Positions 24,183 through 39,310 of a stretch of 64,000 bases of DNA are shown here, in pieces; within the stretch, counting starts at the first letter, position 1; every line of letters begins with the position of its first letter. The stretch lies in NCBI GenBank assembly GCA_964016885.1, contig OZ024762.1:18166001-18230000 (forward strand), in the 5' to 3' direction. The position numbers and the translations under genes were made by a program. The notes below the pieces were generated by a model. It was given only the letters and a program-made list of their open reading frames with translations. It was not told where the DNA came from and did not search any database. Source of the DNA: Eledone cirrhosa (Eukaryota).

Positions 24183-24637
24183 GTCACACTGTAATGTGGC
24201 CGTGTAGGTAACACGGTAAAAAGTTCCCAGTTCCACACTGTAAATGTGGTTGGTGTTAGGAAGGGCATCCAGCTGTAGAAGACCTGCCAGATAGTCCTAT
24301 ATGAGCGAGACACGGTCACCCGACCAGCCTTGCCTCAAGTGGGACAACTCCCGTCTAACCCATGTTAGCGTGGAAAATGGACGTTAAACGAAGATGATGA
24401 TGATGATGATGTATGTATATATAAGCAAGACACAGTCACCTGACCTGGCATTGCCCACAACACGACAACCCGTCTAACCCATGCTAGCGTAGCGACATTG
24501 ACATAAAATTGTGATAATGATGATGATAGTGTGTGTGTGTGTGTGTAAATGCGTATGTAATAAACACAATAATCATACTGAATGAAGGACTCAATATATT
24601 GTTTATAGTGTCAAACATTTCTTTCATCTATTTACAG

Positions 24638-24857
24638 CCATTGCATCTCAACCATATCTCCTGCCAATATCAGTAACCCAAATATACCAGAAGGAATGGA
24701 ACTGCCCCACATACCTGGCCCACCAGATGGCAGTTTACCCCCTGGAGAAGTTTGCTATTCATGTAATGTTGGAGATATTCCACTATCCCAAAGGTCAAAG
24801 AGAAGTGCTGATATGAACAAATCCACACCTGAGTCTAAAGCAACACAACAACACCAG
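24638..24857 (+). CDS. FBN: Fibrillin exon, C-terminal unique region with CYSC and furin site RSKR (24792-24803)
   Basis: acag/gtaaa, phase 2-0; HCIS...EVCYSC...QRSKR|SADM. Confidence 0.93.
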
Positions 24858-25086
24858 GTAAATTTCAAGGTTATTATCATTATCGTCATCATTTTTCTGA
24901 TGAATTAGTAGAGTCATTAGGGTAGCAGACTAAATACCTTGGCATTTATTTCAGCTCAGTGTGTTCTGAGTTCAAATCCTGCTGAGGTTAACTTTGCCTT
25001 TCATCCTTTCCTGGGAGGGGGGGGGGGGGGGGGGGGCATAAAATAAAGTACCAGTCCAGTATTATCTCCCTTTATCATTTTCTTTG

Positions 25087-26320
25087 CTATATATCTTAAC
25101 ATCTATGACACATTAGCTATATATTAACTTATGACATGACATCTGATATATCTTAACATCTATGACAAATTAGCTATATATTAACTTATGACATGACATC
25201 TGATATATCTTAATATCTATGACACATTAGCTATATATTAACTTATGACATGACATCTGATATATCTTAAGATCTATGACACAGCTATATATTAACTTAT
25301 GACATGACATCTGATATATCTTAACATCTATGACACATTAGCTATATATTAACTTATGACATGACATCTGATATAAATATCTATGACACATTAGCTATAT
25401 ATTAACTTATGATGTCTACATCTGATATATCTTAATATCTATGACACAGCTATATATTAACTTATGATGTCTACATCTGATATATTTTGATATCTATGAC
25501 ACATTAGCTATATATTAACGTATGACATCTGATATATCTTAACATCTATAATACATTAGTTATATACTAACTTATGACATGACGTCTGATATATTTTAAC
25601 ATCTATAATACATTAGCTATATATTAACTTATGATGTCTGATATATCTATGGCATAGCTACTATATATTAAATGAAAAATATTGGTGTCTCTGAGACAAA
25701 GTGAGAGAATATATATGAATTCATCGCGAGAACAGCTGTTAATGCTGTCAATGACAGCAATTTACATTGTGCAAAACCATTTTGCTGGTCTGAGAGCTGA
25801 TGAGGGTGAAGATGTGTATGTGTGAACTTATATATCATTGTCTCTCTGCTGACCATTGACTGCTGGTCTCTATCCTCTGAGGCATTTTTGCCCATCGCTG
25901 TCATTGCCAGCATTTGGCTGTTTTAACAGTTGAACTAGCGACAAGTTTCTCATTTTTATATGAATACTATAAATTAATATTTATGTCGACATCTGATATA
26001 TCTTAACAGCAATGACAAAATATCTGATATATCTTAACATCTATGACAACATCTGATATACGTTAACGTCTATGATACAACTGATATATCTTAACAGCTA
26101 TGACACAACTGCCATATCTTAACAGCTACGACGCAACTACAGTATATTAACATTTATGACACACTTGTTATGTATTAACCTATATCACATAACTAATATA
26201 TCTCTAACATCTATGACACTGCTATATCTTAACATCTATGATGTAAGTACCACATATTAATATTTATGATGACATCCGATATATCTTAACATCTACTATA
26301 TCATAACATCTATGACATTA
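25087..26320. repeat. Degenerate AT-rich tandem repeat (about 57 bp, with about 28-bp subunits), interrupted at about 25670-25960
   Basis: ATATATCTTAACATCTATGACA recurrences. Confidence 0.8.
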
Positions 26321-26327
26321 CTTTATA

Positions 26328-26802
26328 CTAGCAGAAAAACCACCCTTAGGGTGGTTTTCTGCTAGCATGTGTAGTGTGTATATTGATATTATACACAAAT
26401 ATATATGCATGTAAATAAAATCTTAAGTGACAATACACACAGAAATTGAACGAAGTCTATGTTACACTCTCTTCTGTAATCAGTAACGTAATCCATGATA
26501 CATTTAAAAAAAGACGATATTATATATAAACTGCATTAGGAGAAAATTAGTGACGGGAATATATGAATGTTTATTTAAGCGATCGCTAACCGGAAGTGTT
26601 GACATTTGAAAATTTTAAAGAAGTGAATCTTAAAATAACCAACAAAATTATTTATATTTAATCAAGAATAACGAAATTTAGTAGATAAATTATGTAATAT
26701 TCATTCATTATTTATTCAAAGTAATCCAACTTATTTGACAAACGGGATAAAGAAATATATTCTGGAAGCAGTCTTGCACTCCTTTCTTTATTATAGTTTA
26801 GA
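26328..26802 (-). mobile_element. Non-autonomous Helitron-like element
   Basis: 5' TC, 3' CTAG with hairpin, A^T insertion site, no TSD; interrupts a degenerate satellite. Confidence 0.6.
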
Positions 26803-26928
26803 TTAACTTCTATGACAAAACATATCTTAACATCTATAACACTGCTATATATTACTTGCTATCACATAACTATATATTATCATCTATGATATAACAATTC
26901 CTATCCTTCCATCTTGTATCCCCTGCAG

Positions 26929-27300
26929 GCTTTCAACACCAGTAAGGAGGCACCAAAACCAAAAGTGCACCATTATGCCGGCGCACAGGAGCAGAGCCTG
27001 TCGGTAAAAGTTAAACAGAAACAGGTTCATCGCAACACTAGGATTATCAAGATGCAGCCTGCACTGAGCACGCTGCAAAACAACGTGCACTACAGCATTG
27101 TTGACGGTGCCGATAGAGAAAAGTTTGTGATGCACGAACACAATAACATTAGCTCACTGAGATTCAAACACAAAGTGAAAGCGCCACAGGTTTTCAAATT
27201 AGACATCAAGTGCCAGCCATTATCAAGCAGCGGAGATTTCAATGGGGAGAAAGTGGAGCTGAATACCTCTGTTATACATCTCAAAATATATGTTCTTTGA
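26929..27300 (+). CDS. FBN: Fibrillin terminal exon, asprosin-like C-terminal propeptide, stop TGA
   Basis: gcag acceptor; IKMQPALSTLQNNVHYSIVDG...ISSLRF...LKIYVL resembles the vertebrate fibrillin C-terminus; A-rich 3' UTR with AATAAA follows. Confidence 0.92.
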   Translation, partial: AFNTSKEAPKPKVHHYAGAQEQSLSVKVKQKQVHRNTRIIKMQPALSTLQNNVHYSIVDGADREKFVMHEHNNISSLRFKHKVKAPQVFKLDIKCQPLSSSGDFNGEKVELNTSVIHLKIYVL

Positions 27301-29519
27301 TCATAGAACAAAAAAGAGAAGTCAGAAAAAAAAAAGCCCCAAAAACAGAACACACATCCCCTTAACAAACCTACCCACCCACTCACAAAGGAAGGCACCA
27401 CACAAAAAAAAAGATAATAATAATAATAATTAAATAAATAAAAAAAAAATGAAAGAACAACTTCAGATGAAAAATAAAAAAAAAAAAACTAAGAAAGAAA
27501 ACATTACAACTTTTTATTTCCAAGCAGAGGAAACAGTAACAAAAAAATACACACAAAAAAATTGACAAAAGTTTGAACCAAACAAAAAAAAAATATTAAA
27601 AGTAAAGAAAGATAAAAAAAAAAAAGATAAAAATTGTTTGATTAAAACAAAGGAAAAATTAAAAAAAAAAGGGGGGAAAATAACTTTTTTGTTTAAATAT
27701 TAAATTGAAACGAAAACAAAAAGACATCATTTGATAATAATAATAATAATAAAAATAATAAAAATATTAATAATAATCACAAATAGAGAAAATAAAAGAA
27801 TAAAAAAATGGACATCACAAAGAACATTTAGTTAACGAGAGATGATGATGTAGATAATTAAGGATTAAATTTGCAATGACAACCAGACAACGAAAACTAT
27901 GACAACGGTAATATAGAGTATTTAACGAGAAAAAGATGAAAGCTTGTTAGTAGGGAAAAGGCTACTTCTATCATCAGAGCTAATTAATTAGTTGTTGGCT
28001 AATCTTGGGCAAATCTTCCTTTCCTCTTGGCCAGTAAGTATCACACACACAGAGAGACAGAAGAGAAAATATAAGATTGCGCAGTCACTAGTTTACACAC
28101 CTGTAAAGAACTTTCTCCTCTAATACATTAATTACACACACAAAACACACAGACACACATATATACATATGTATACGCACACACAATATATTCACTTTCT
28201 TACAATATGGCAAAAATGCTTTAGTAAAACTGGTATTTGCTAAGCTTCATTAAAGAATCTCTCACCACCTCTCTCTCTATATATATGTGTGTGTGTGTAT
28301 GTGTATATATATATATAAATATATATACACACACACATCTATGTATATGTGTATGTAAGTGTATGTGTATATATATATATGTGTGTGTATATATGTGTGT
28401 GTGTGTGTATAATATATATATATATATATATATATACATAAAAGATGGTTTCTAATTTAGGCACAGGGCCAGAAAGTTGACCATATCAACCTCAGTATTT
28501 GACTGGTACTTTACATATAAAGTATTGGGGTTTACAACATTTCTGGTTTTGTACCTTCATTAAAAATTGGCCAGAAACTTTACAATCTAATTTCACATCC
28601 TGCAGAAGTCAACTTTACCTTTCATCCTTCTAAGGTTGTTAAAATACCAGTTAACTACTGAGGTCGATATAATATACTTTCCCCTTCCCCACAAAATTTG
28701 CTATCTTTCCACCACTGCTAGAAGTCATTATTGTTATTATTGCTGCTGCGAGGAAAAAGGACGAGATACCTTACAGTATTTACAATCTCCTTAAGTCTTG
28801 TCTTCGATTCAAGTTCTATGGAGGACAAGACTTTGCTTTTCATACTTAGCAGTGTGTGGAGAAGGGCAGTAATGGTGAAAGAAGGAAATGGGTAGAGAGG
28901 TTGATCTAATTGGCTTTAGCACTCCTGCTACCTCTACAAAATATCTGAGGTCATGAGTTGGCAGTGTCGGTAGAGCAACAGACATGGTTTGCTGCATATA
29001 GTTACATCCTTTTACATTCTGAATTCAAAACCTGCCGAGGTTAGCTTTGCTTTTAATCCTTCTAGGGTTGATAAAATAAAGTACCAGTAATGTACTGGAG
29101 GCAATCGGTAGAGCAACAGACATGGTTTGCTGCATATAGTTACATCCTTTTACATTCTGAATTCAAAACCTACCGAGGTTAGCTTTGCTTTTAATCCTTC
29201 TAGGGTTGATAAAATAAAGTACCAGTAATGCACTGGGTCAATTTGATCGACTCCCCACCCCTCTTCCCTTCAAATTGCTGGCCTTGTGCCAAAAGTAGAA
29301 AAATTATTATTATCATGAGGCTGATTGAAATAATTGGTAGAGCATCAGATGAAATATCACTGTGGTATTTCTTCTCACTCTTTGTGTTCTGAGTTCAAAT
29401 TCAACCATAATCAACTTTGCTTTTCACCTTTCCAGGATTGATTAAATAAAGTACCAGTTATATACTGGGGCTGATTCAATTGACTTACCCTGGCGTTCTG
29501 CATAAATTAGAAACCATCA

Positions 29520-29557
29520 TATATATATACATAATGTAATAATGTATTAATGTATAA

Positions 29558-29590
<33 letters not shown>

Positions 29591-29655
29591 TAATGTAATA
29601 ATGTATTAATGTATAAATATATATATATGTATATATATACACACATAATGTATTA

Positions 29656-29698
<43 letters not shown>

Positions 29699-29860
29699 AT
29701 GTAATAATGTATTAATGTATAAATATATATATATGTATATATATACACACATAATGTATTAATGTATAAATATATATATATGTATATATATACACACATA
29801 ATGTATTAATGTATAAATATGTATATATATGTATATATATACACACATAATGTATTAATG

Positions 29861-29906
<46 letters not shown>

Positions 29907-30557
29907 CATAATGTAATAATGTATAAATATATATATATGTATATATATACACACATAATGTATTAATGTATAAATATATATATATATATACATAATGTAA
30001 TAATGTATAAATATATATATATGTATATATATACACACATAATGTATTAATGTATATATAATATATATATATATATAGTTACCTGAGTGTGGGGTTGTAA
30101 TCAGTAAAGAATGAGCCCTGAATATGTATAAAAAAAGAGGTAAATGCATCATATAAAACATATGGCAAATTGGCCTATACTTTTATAGGTACTCAGTTTC
30201 CCAATGCTAGCTGATCTTATCACTGCATTGTTCATCTGCCTGTATATAATATAACATATACATATATATATACATACATATATATATACATATACATATA
30301 TATATACATATACATATATATATACATATACATATATATATACATATACATATATATATACATATACATATATATATACATATATATATATACATACATA
30401 TATATATACATATACATATATATACATACATATATATATATACATATACATATATATACATACATATATATATATATACATACATATATATATATACATA
30501 CATATATATATACATACATATATATATACATACATATATATATACATATATATATAT

Positions 30558-30606
<49 letters not shown>

Positions 30607-30614
30607 CATACATA

Positions 30615-30688
<74 letters not shown>

Positions 30689-30829
30689 CATACATATATA
30701 TATACATACATATATATATATACATATATATATACATATATATATATATACATACATATATATATATACATACATATATACATACATATATATATATACA
30801 TACATATATACATACATATATATATATAC

Positions 30830-30860
<31 letters not shown>

Positions 30861-30924
30861 CATATATATATATATACATACATATATATACATATATATA
30901 TATACATACATATATATACATATA

Positions 30925-30993
<69 letters not shown>

Positions 30994-31106
30994 ACATATA
31001 TATATATACATACATATATATATATATATACATACATACATATACATATATATACATACATACATATACATATACATATATATACATACATATATATACA
31101 TATATA

Positions 31107-31160
<54 letters not shown>

Positions 31161-31277
31161 CATATATATACATACATATATATATACATATATATACATA
31201 CATATATATATACATATATATACATACATATATATATACATATATATACATACATATATATATACATATATATATAC

Positions 31278-31316
<39 letters not shown>

Positions 31317-31545
31317 CATATACATATATATATACATATACATATATATATATATATACATATACATATACATATATACATATACATATATATATATACA
31401 TATATATATATATACATATACATATATATACATATATATATACATATATATATATATACATATATATACATATATATATACATATACATATACATATATA
31501 TACATATATATATACATATATATATATATACATATACATATACAT

Positions 31546-31579
<34 letters not shown>

Positions 31580-31697
31580 ATATATACATATATATATACA
31601 TATACATATACATATATATATATATACATATATATATACATATATATATATACACATATATATATACATATATATACATATATATATATATACATAC

Positions 31698-31728
<31 letters not shown>

Positions 31729-31745
31729 CATACATATATATATAT

Positions 31746-31800
<55 letters not shown>

Positions 31801-31983
31801 CATATATATATATACACATATATATACATATATATACACATATATATACATATATATATATACACATATATATATACATATATATACATATATATATATA
31901 CACATATATATATACATATATATATACATATATATACACATATATATACATATATATATATATACATATATACATATATATAC

Positions 31984-32076
<93 letters not shown>

Positions 32077-32205
32077 CATACATATATATATATATACATA
32101 TATATATACATACATATATATATATATACATACATATATATATATATACATACATATATATATATATACATACATATATATATATATACATACATATATA
32201 TATAC

Positions 32206-32238
<33 letters not shown>

Positions 32239-32275
32239 CATACATATATATATATACATATATATATATACATAC

Positions 32276-32306
<31 letters not shown>

Positions 32307-32513
32307 CATACATATATATATATACATATATATATATACATACATACATATATATATATACATATATATATATACATACATATATATATATATATACATA
32401 CATATATATACATATACATATACATATATATACATATACATATATATATATATACATATATATACATATACATATATATACATATATATATATACATATA
32501 TATATACATATAC

Positions 32514-32560
<47 letters not shown>

Positions 32561-32577
32561 CATATACATATATATAC

Positions 32578-32627
<50 letters not shown>

Positions 32628-32735
32628 ACATATATATATATATACATATACATATATATACATATATATATATATACATATATATATACATATATATACA
32701 TATATATATATATACATATATATACATATATATAC

Positions 32736-32770
<35 letters not shown>

Positions 32771-32854
32771 CATATATATACATATATATACATATATATA
32801 TATATATACATATGTCCCTGTTCAATTTTTTTATTATATATACATATATATACA

Positions 32855-32950
<96 letters not shown>

Positions 32951-33009
32951 CATATATATACATATATATATATATATACATATTTATATATATACATATA
33001 TATATATAC

Positions 33010-33088
<79 letters not shown>

Positions 33089-33185
33089 CATATATATACA
33101 TATATATATACATATATATACATATATATATATATACATATATATACATATATATATACATATATATACATATATATATATATAC

Positions 33186-33216
<31 letters not shown>

Positions 33217-33305
33217 CATACATATATATATATATACATATATATATACATATATATGCATATATATATATACATATATATAAATATATATATACATATA
33301 TATAT
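29520..33305. repeat. Very long (TA)n/(TACA)n compound microsatellite, short unique insert at 30078-30245
   Basis: direct reading. Confidence 0.95.
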
Positions 33306-33510
33306 TACATTATTTGTTTTGGATTGGCAGTATCGGTAGAGGGTCGGACGCCATGCTTTGACGCATAGAGTTACGGCCCTTGCCATTCTGAGTTCAAATC
33401 CCGCCGAGGTAAACTTTGCCTTTCATCCTTACGGGGTCGATAAAATAAAGAACCTGTAATGCACTGGGGTAATTGGCCTTGTGCCAAAAGTAGAAACAAT
33501 TATTTGTTTA

Positions 33511-33690
33511 TGTTCATACACGGAGCAAAAGCTCTACCCAAGGTTGCAAGGATCAATATTGACCACACCTCCAGAGAACAAGAGGCATCAAATGTGTGAC
33601 CTTTCTACTTTGATAGCTCTTGTATTCTGGAGGTATGGTCAAATTTGGGCCTTGATACCTTAGGTAGCGCTTTTGTTCCGTGTATGAACA
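33511..33690. mobile_element. Tc1/mariner-type MITE with long TIRs; copies at 45764-45941 and about 50463-50601
   Basis: TA-TGTTCATACACGG...CCGTGTATGAACA-TA. Confidence 0.78.
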
Positions 33691-36600
33691 TAGATAAATG
33701 ATATAAAATTTCTGTTCTCTTCCCTAATGAGCACTCTTTCGCTTTTTCCTTTTCACATTTATGGATATTACTACATGTGCATACACACATACACACACAC
33801 ACATATATATATATATAGTGAAGGCGCGTGGCCGAGTGGTTAGAGAATTGGATTCGCAATCATGAGGTTGTGAGTTCGATTCCGGGTGATGCAGCGTGTT
33901 CTTGGGCAAGATACTTTATTTCATGATGCTCCTTCTACCTGGAGTTGCGACCGATAGATAGTATTAGCAATTGGAAAGACCAATGGAAACATGTCCGATT
34001 TGTCGAAAGTCGATTGACTGTCGATATATATGCATACACATCTACGAATATTGCTACTTATATACACACACACATATATATATGCATACACACACTAACA
34101 CATCGTCATGGCAGTGTTTTCTCTCTGCAACATAAACTCTTCAAACTATAAGTAATACTTTGTGCCTTAACTTTTCTTCAATAACATCTTTTAACTCTCC
34201 ATCATGAGGCTTAATGTCTGTATTTCTTTACTTCTATTGTAACATTCTCTTATCATTGGTGGATTGTCAGAATTGGTAGAGTGACGAACACCCTGCTTTG
34301 TGGTATTTAGTTACAACATTCTATCATTCTGAATTCAAATCCTTCTGAGGTCAGCTTTACCTTTTGTTCTTACTGAGGAGTTGATAAAATAAAGTACCAG
34401 TAATACACCCCCCAAAATTGTTGGCCTTGTGCCTAAGTCAGAAATCATTATTAATAATATTATTAGAGGGCAGTGGATTGGCAGACTCGGTAGGGCAGTG
34501 GATTGGCAGACTCGGTAGGGTATCGGACACCATGCTTTGCAGCATAGAGCTACAGTTCTTTACAGTTTGAGTTCAAATCTCGCCCAGGTTAGCTTTGCCT
34601 TTCATCTTTAACCCTTTAGCATTTACATTATTCTATATTTTCTATTGTATTTTTGTGGTAAAGGCTTTATCTCACATAATATCGAATCCACAAGATTTTG
34701 ATATTTATATTGAGAACCATATCTTAACGTCAGTATATGTGACCGGTTACAGCCGGTTTGAACAGAAAGAGGTGAGAGAATTCTGGCTGGATATGGCCAG
34801 TTTAAATGTTAAAGGGTTTAGGGATCAATAAAATAAAGCACAAGTAATGCACTGGGGTCGATTTAATCAACTTTCCCTTCCCCTAAAATTGTTGACCTTG
34901 TGCCTCAATCAGAAATCATTATTATGGTGCTAGATTGGTAGAATTGGTAAACTGGACAGATACAATGCTGTGGTATTTCTTCTCGTTCTCCAGAGTTTAA
35001 AGTCCCGAGATCGGCTTTGTCTTTCATACTTCTGGAATTGATAAAATAACTACCAAGTACTGAGGCCGATTTAACTGACATTTTCTTCTCCCAAAATTGC
35101 TGGCCTTGCACTTATGTGAGAAAACATTATTATTACTACTACTATTATATCATTATTATTATTAGTGCAGTCAGATTGGCAGAATTTAGAAGTTGGAGAG
35201 TGAGAAAAACTGCTTTGCAGTATTTATCATGGCTCTTTCACATTCTGCATTCAAATTATGTTGAGATTAACTTCGCCTGTTGTCCTTTTTTTTTTTTTTA
35301 GGGGAGGGGGAAAATTAATAAAATAAAATACCAGTCATTTACATGGGTCAATTTTATATTACCTCCAAATTGCTAGTTTTGTAGCTATGTCAAACAATAG
35401 AACATGAGACCATACTTAAGCAAAACAGCAGATCCCTGGCTTGTCTGGGAGATCAGTAGCCACCACTTCACTACTGACTTGGTCTATGTAGACCCGTCCA
35501 ACCCTTGCTAGCAGGGAAAGCGGACTTTAAAATGATGATGATGATGATTACGGGAAGTGTTATAGCTGCTTCTAGCCAAAGTTCCAGCTACCAAAATTTC
35601 CATGAGAACCAACTCCAGTGGTAAATGGTAAGAAACTCCCAGGAGAGCAGGTCTTCAGAGAAGAACCCCTCCCCTCAAGCGAATGTTTCTTCTGCCCTTA
35701 AATCATAGGATTTAGACCTATTTACATTTTCTTCCTCCTCACCTCACCCCCTCCACTCTCACGCCCCCCTCCCCCAGTTGGAAGAAAATACCAGCAGTTT
35801 ATAGATTACAGATCTATATCTGTTACATCTTGCTTTCTTTCCTCTTACCTTCCCTCCCTTCCACTCCATCCCCTCCGCTCTCATCTGATCCCCTCCACTT
35901 AGAAACCAACATGGCAATGTTCAAAACTGCAATAATTCCTGGACCGGCCCCCAAAAAAACCTGTGTCAAGACAAACTAACCAGCTTCATTATTCTGAAAC
36001 CAGTCAACCAATAAACCAACAAAAATATAATTAACAGTCCATGGCAGTATCGAGGGTACCAATGAAACTTGTTAACAAAATTTAACAGTCGCACGATACA
36101 CCTAAAACTGAAGACGAAAAATTAGTCAGAATATGAACTTCACAGTGAGTCCCATCAATTTCCAGGGTGTTTAGGGCCTGGATAATGATTGGTCAGTAGG
36201 AAAAATTCAGAAGTACCTTCAATTCTGTCGGGGACTGTAAACTAAATTTTAAAAAAAATAATGGGTTTTAATCAAAACCTTTTTTAAATGTTTGAGTCAC
36301 TAAGTTAGGGCTGGTAGATCAGAACACTGGACAAAATTGAGCATTGATCAAAATGCTTTACAACATGATCTTCTGGCTCTTCCATTCTCAATTCAAATCC
36401 TACCAGGGTCAGCTTTGCCTTTCATATTTCCGGGATCAATAAAATAAAGCACCAGTTGAGTACTAGGGCTGATTTAGTCAACTTACCCCTCCTCCTTTTC
36501 CTTTTCAAATTTCTGGCCTTATGCCAAAATTAAAAATTATATATATATATATATCATCATCATCATCATCATCGTTTAACGTCCATCTTCCACGCTAGCA

Positions 36601-38132
36601 TGGGTTTGGACGGGAATTTTCCCACTTGAGGCAAGATTGGTTGTCTTGCTCGTATAGGACTGTCTGGCGGGTTTTCTACGGCTGGGTGCCCTCCCTAACA
36701 CCAACCATGTTTACAGTGTGGACTGGGAGGTTTTTACCGTGTTACCTACACGGCCACATTACAGCGTGGACTGTGTGTTTTTTTGTCGTGACACCTACAC
36801 GACCTCATTTATTTAGGACTGTTCAAATTAGAAACCATTATTATCGGGACCAAACAGTTGATTGGCAGTATTGGTAGAGCATCAGACCTGCTGTGCGTCA
36901 TATAGTTACAGCCCTATCGTCCTTATAGGGTTGATAAAATAAAGTACCTGTAACACACAGGTGTCAATATAATCAACATTCCCCTCCCCAAAAATTGTAG
37001 GCCCTTTGCCTCAATCAGAAACAAGTATTATTGGGACCAAACCCTTACTGACCACTAGGGCATGTAAAAATTCAAATATAAATGGGATATTAACCCAACT
37101 CCCACCCACAGTAATATCATTCAACTATAGTTATCCCAACTCCATCCCATAGATATTTCAAGTGCAGATAGGGCTAACCACTAGGGCATGTAATAATTCA
37201 TTTAAATGCACATAGGATGTTGTTATCCCCAAAGCCCTCCCATGCATATAATTTTTATCCCAACCCCAACCCACAGCAATATGGCATTCAACTATAAATG
37301 GGTTGCTGTCCCTAACACAAGGGATTTATCTAACTTGAGCTGGGTGATTTACCCAACACGACACCCTTATCACTAGAGAATGTAATTGTTCAACTGTAAA
37401 TAGGGGAAACACTTCTACCAACTATGGATGTAGTGTATCATCTACAGATAGGGCAAATATCTCAAGCAAACACTAGGCAACATAATATTGAGCTATAGAT
37501 AGGGCCAATACCTCTACTAACAGGGCATATACTATATCAACTAAATATAGAGCTAACACCCCTATCAACAGAGGACTTAACAATTCAATGGTAAATGGAC
37601 TCTTCTTTCCCCACCCTCCCACTCACCCATAACAACTATATTTACTTTAGTTTTTTCACCGTAAACACGTTATTTCACATAATATCGAATCTATGAAATT
37701 TTGATATTATTTATTTTGAGAATACCATAACATAAGTATGAGCAGCCAATTATGGCCGGTTTGAACAGAAAGAGGTGAGAGAATTCTGGCCGAATGTAGC
37801 CAGTTTAAACACTAAAGGGTTAGATATATTTACTGTAGAATTATAATTCTACTACAAATATATCTAAATAAATATTATCCACATACAATATAGAGAAACA
37901 GAATTTATAAGAGTTATCATTGATGTGTAGTAATATGATTAAAATTAGTATGCTGTAGACTATTACAAACATATGATGGGCCCTAATTTTAGAATAATAG
38001 TTTGTTAAATACCAGCAAACAAACTTTGACCAGTTTTTGACATCGAATCCAACATAAGTTATCAATATCTCATCATATACACTCTCTCTCTTTTTTTAAC
38101 AATACACACACACGTGTGTGTATGTATAAAAA

Positions 38133-38167
<35 letters not shown>

Positions 38168-38229
38168 CATGTATGTATATATGTATGTATAAATATTCAA
38201 CTTCTACATTATGTGTTGATTGCTCTTTT

Positions 38230-38276
<47 letters not shown>

Positions 38277-38789
38277 ATATATACATATACACATGCACAC
38301 ACACAATATATATAACTGTCTCATTCTCTCTCGCTCCCTCATTACAACATATATATATATATATATATATACATATAACATATACATATATATATATACA
38401 CATATACATATATATATACACATATACATATAACATATATATATATACACACACACACATATATATATACACTGAAGAAGGTAACATAATTGCCAGAGTA
38501 TCAAAAATTAGTGTTTATAATTAGTATGTTTCTTTGTTTGTTTGTTTCCTTTTTTTTGTTTTTTGGTAATTTTTTTTTTTAACAAAAAAAACAAAAAAAC
38601 AATGGATATTACAACTGCTTCGTGTAACACCAGTGTCTGAAATGAAAATAAAAGTTAATTAAATTTGTTTTCTGAGCTTTGCTTCTCATTTTTGGTGATT
38701 TCAGGTGTGATTGGAAGTTTTCTACCCATGTACAGGACAAAAAGGTTTGTAAATCCTGTATTTCCACTCTTGGGTTGGACTATCAGGGT

Positions 38790-39310
38790 TGTAAACCATC
38801 TATTTCCACTTGTGTACAACACTCAGTCTTCTAAACCATCTATTTCTACCCTTGTGTACAACACTCAAGACTGTAAACCATCTATTTCCACTCCTGTGTA
38901 CAACACTCAGGGTTGTAAACCATCTATTTCCACTCCTGTGTACAACACTCAGTCTTCTAAACCATCTATTTCCACTCCTGTGTACAACACTCAGGGTTGT
39001 CAACCATCTATTTCCACTCCTGTGTACAACACTCAGTCTTCTAAACCATCTATTTCCACTCCTGTGTACAACACTCAGGGTTGTAAACCATCTATTTCCA
39101 CTCCTGTGTACAACACTCAGTCTTCTAAACCATCTATTTCCACCCTTGTGTACAACACTCAAGACTGTAAACCATCTATTTCCACTCCTGTGTACAACAC
39201 TCAGTCTTCTAAACCATCTATTTCCACTCCTGTGTACAACACTCAGTCTTCTAAACCATCTATTTCCACTCCTGTATACAACACTCAGGGTTGTAAACCC
39301 TCTATTTCCT
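38790..39310. repeat. 42-bp minisatellite, about 12 copies with alternating variants
   Basis: AAACCATCTATTTCCACTCCTGTGTACAACACTCAG(GGTTGT/TCTTCT). Confidence 0.92.

Noticed and set aside
30149-33386. ORFs of 874-1059 aa rich in Y/I/M/C/V
   Set aside because: Translations of TA/TACA microsatellite that lacks stop codons
38466-38520. CTGAAGA-ggtaa..ttgcc as another hammerhead
   Set aside because: No GAAA box and no convincing stem I; similar partial matches at 2442, 4004, 25796 and 27973 were also dropped
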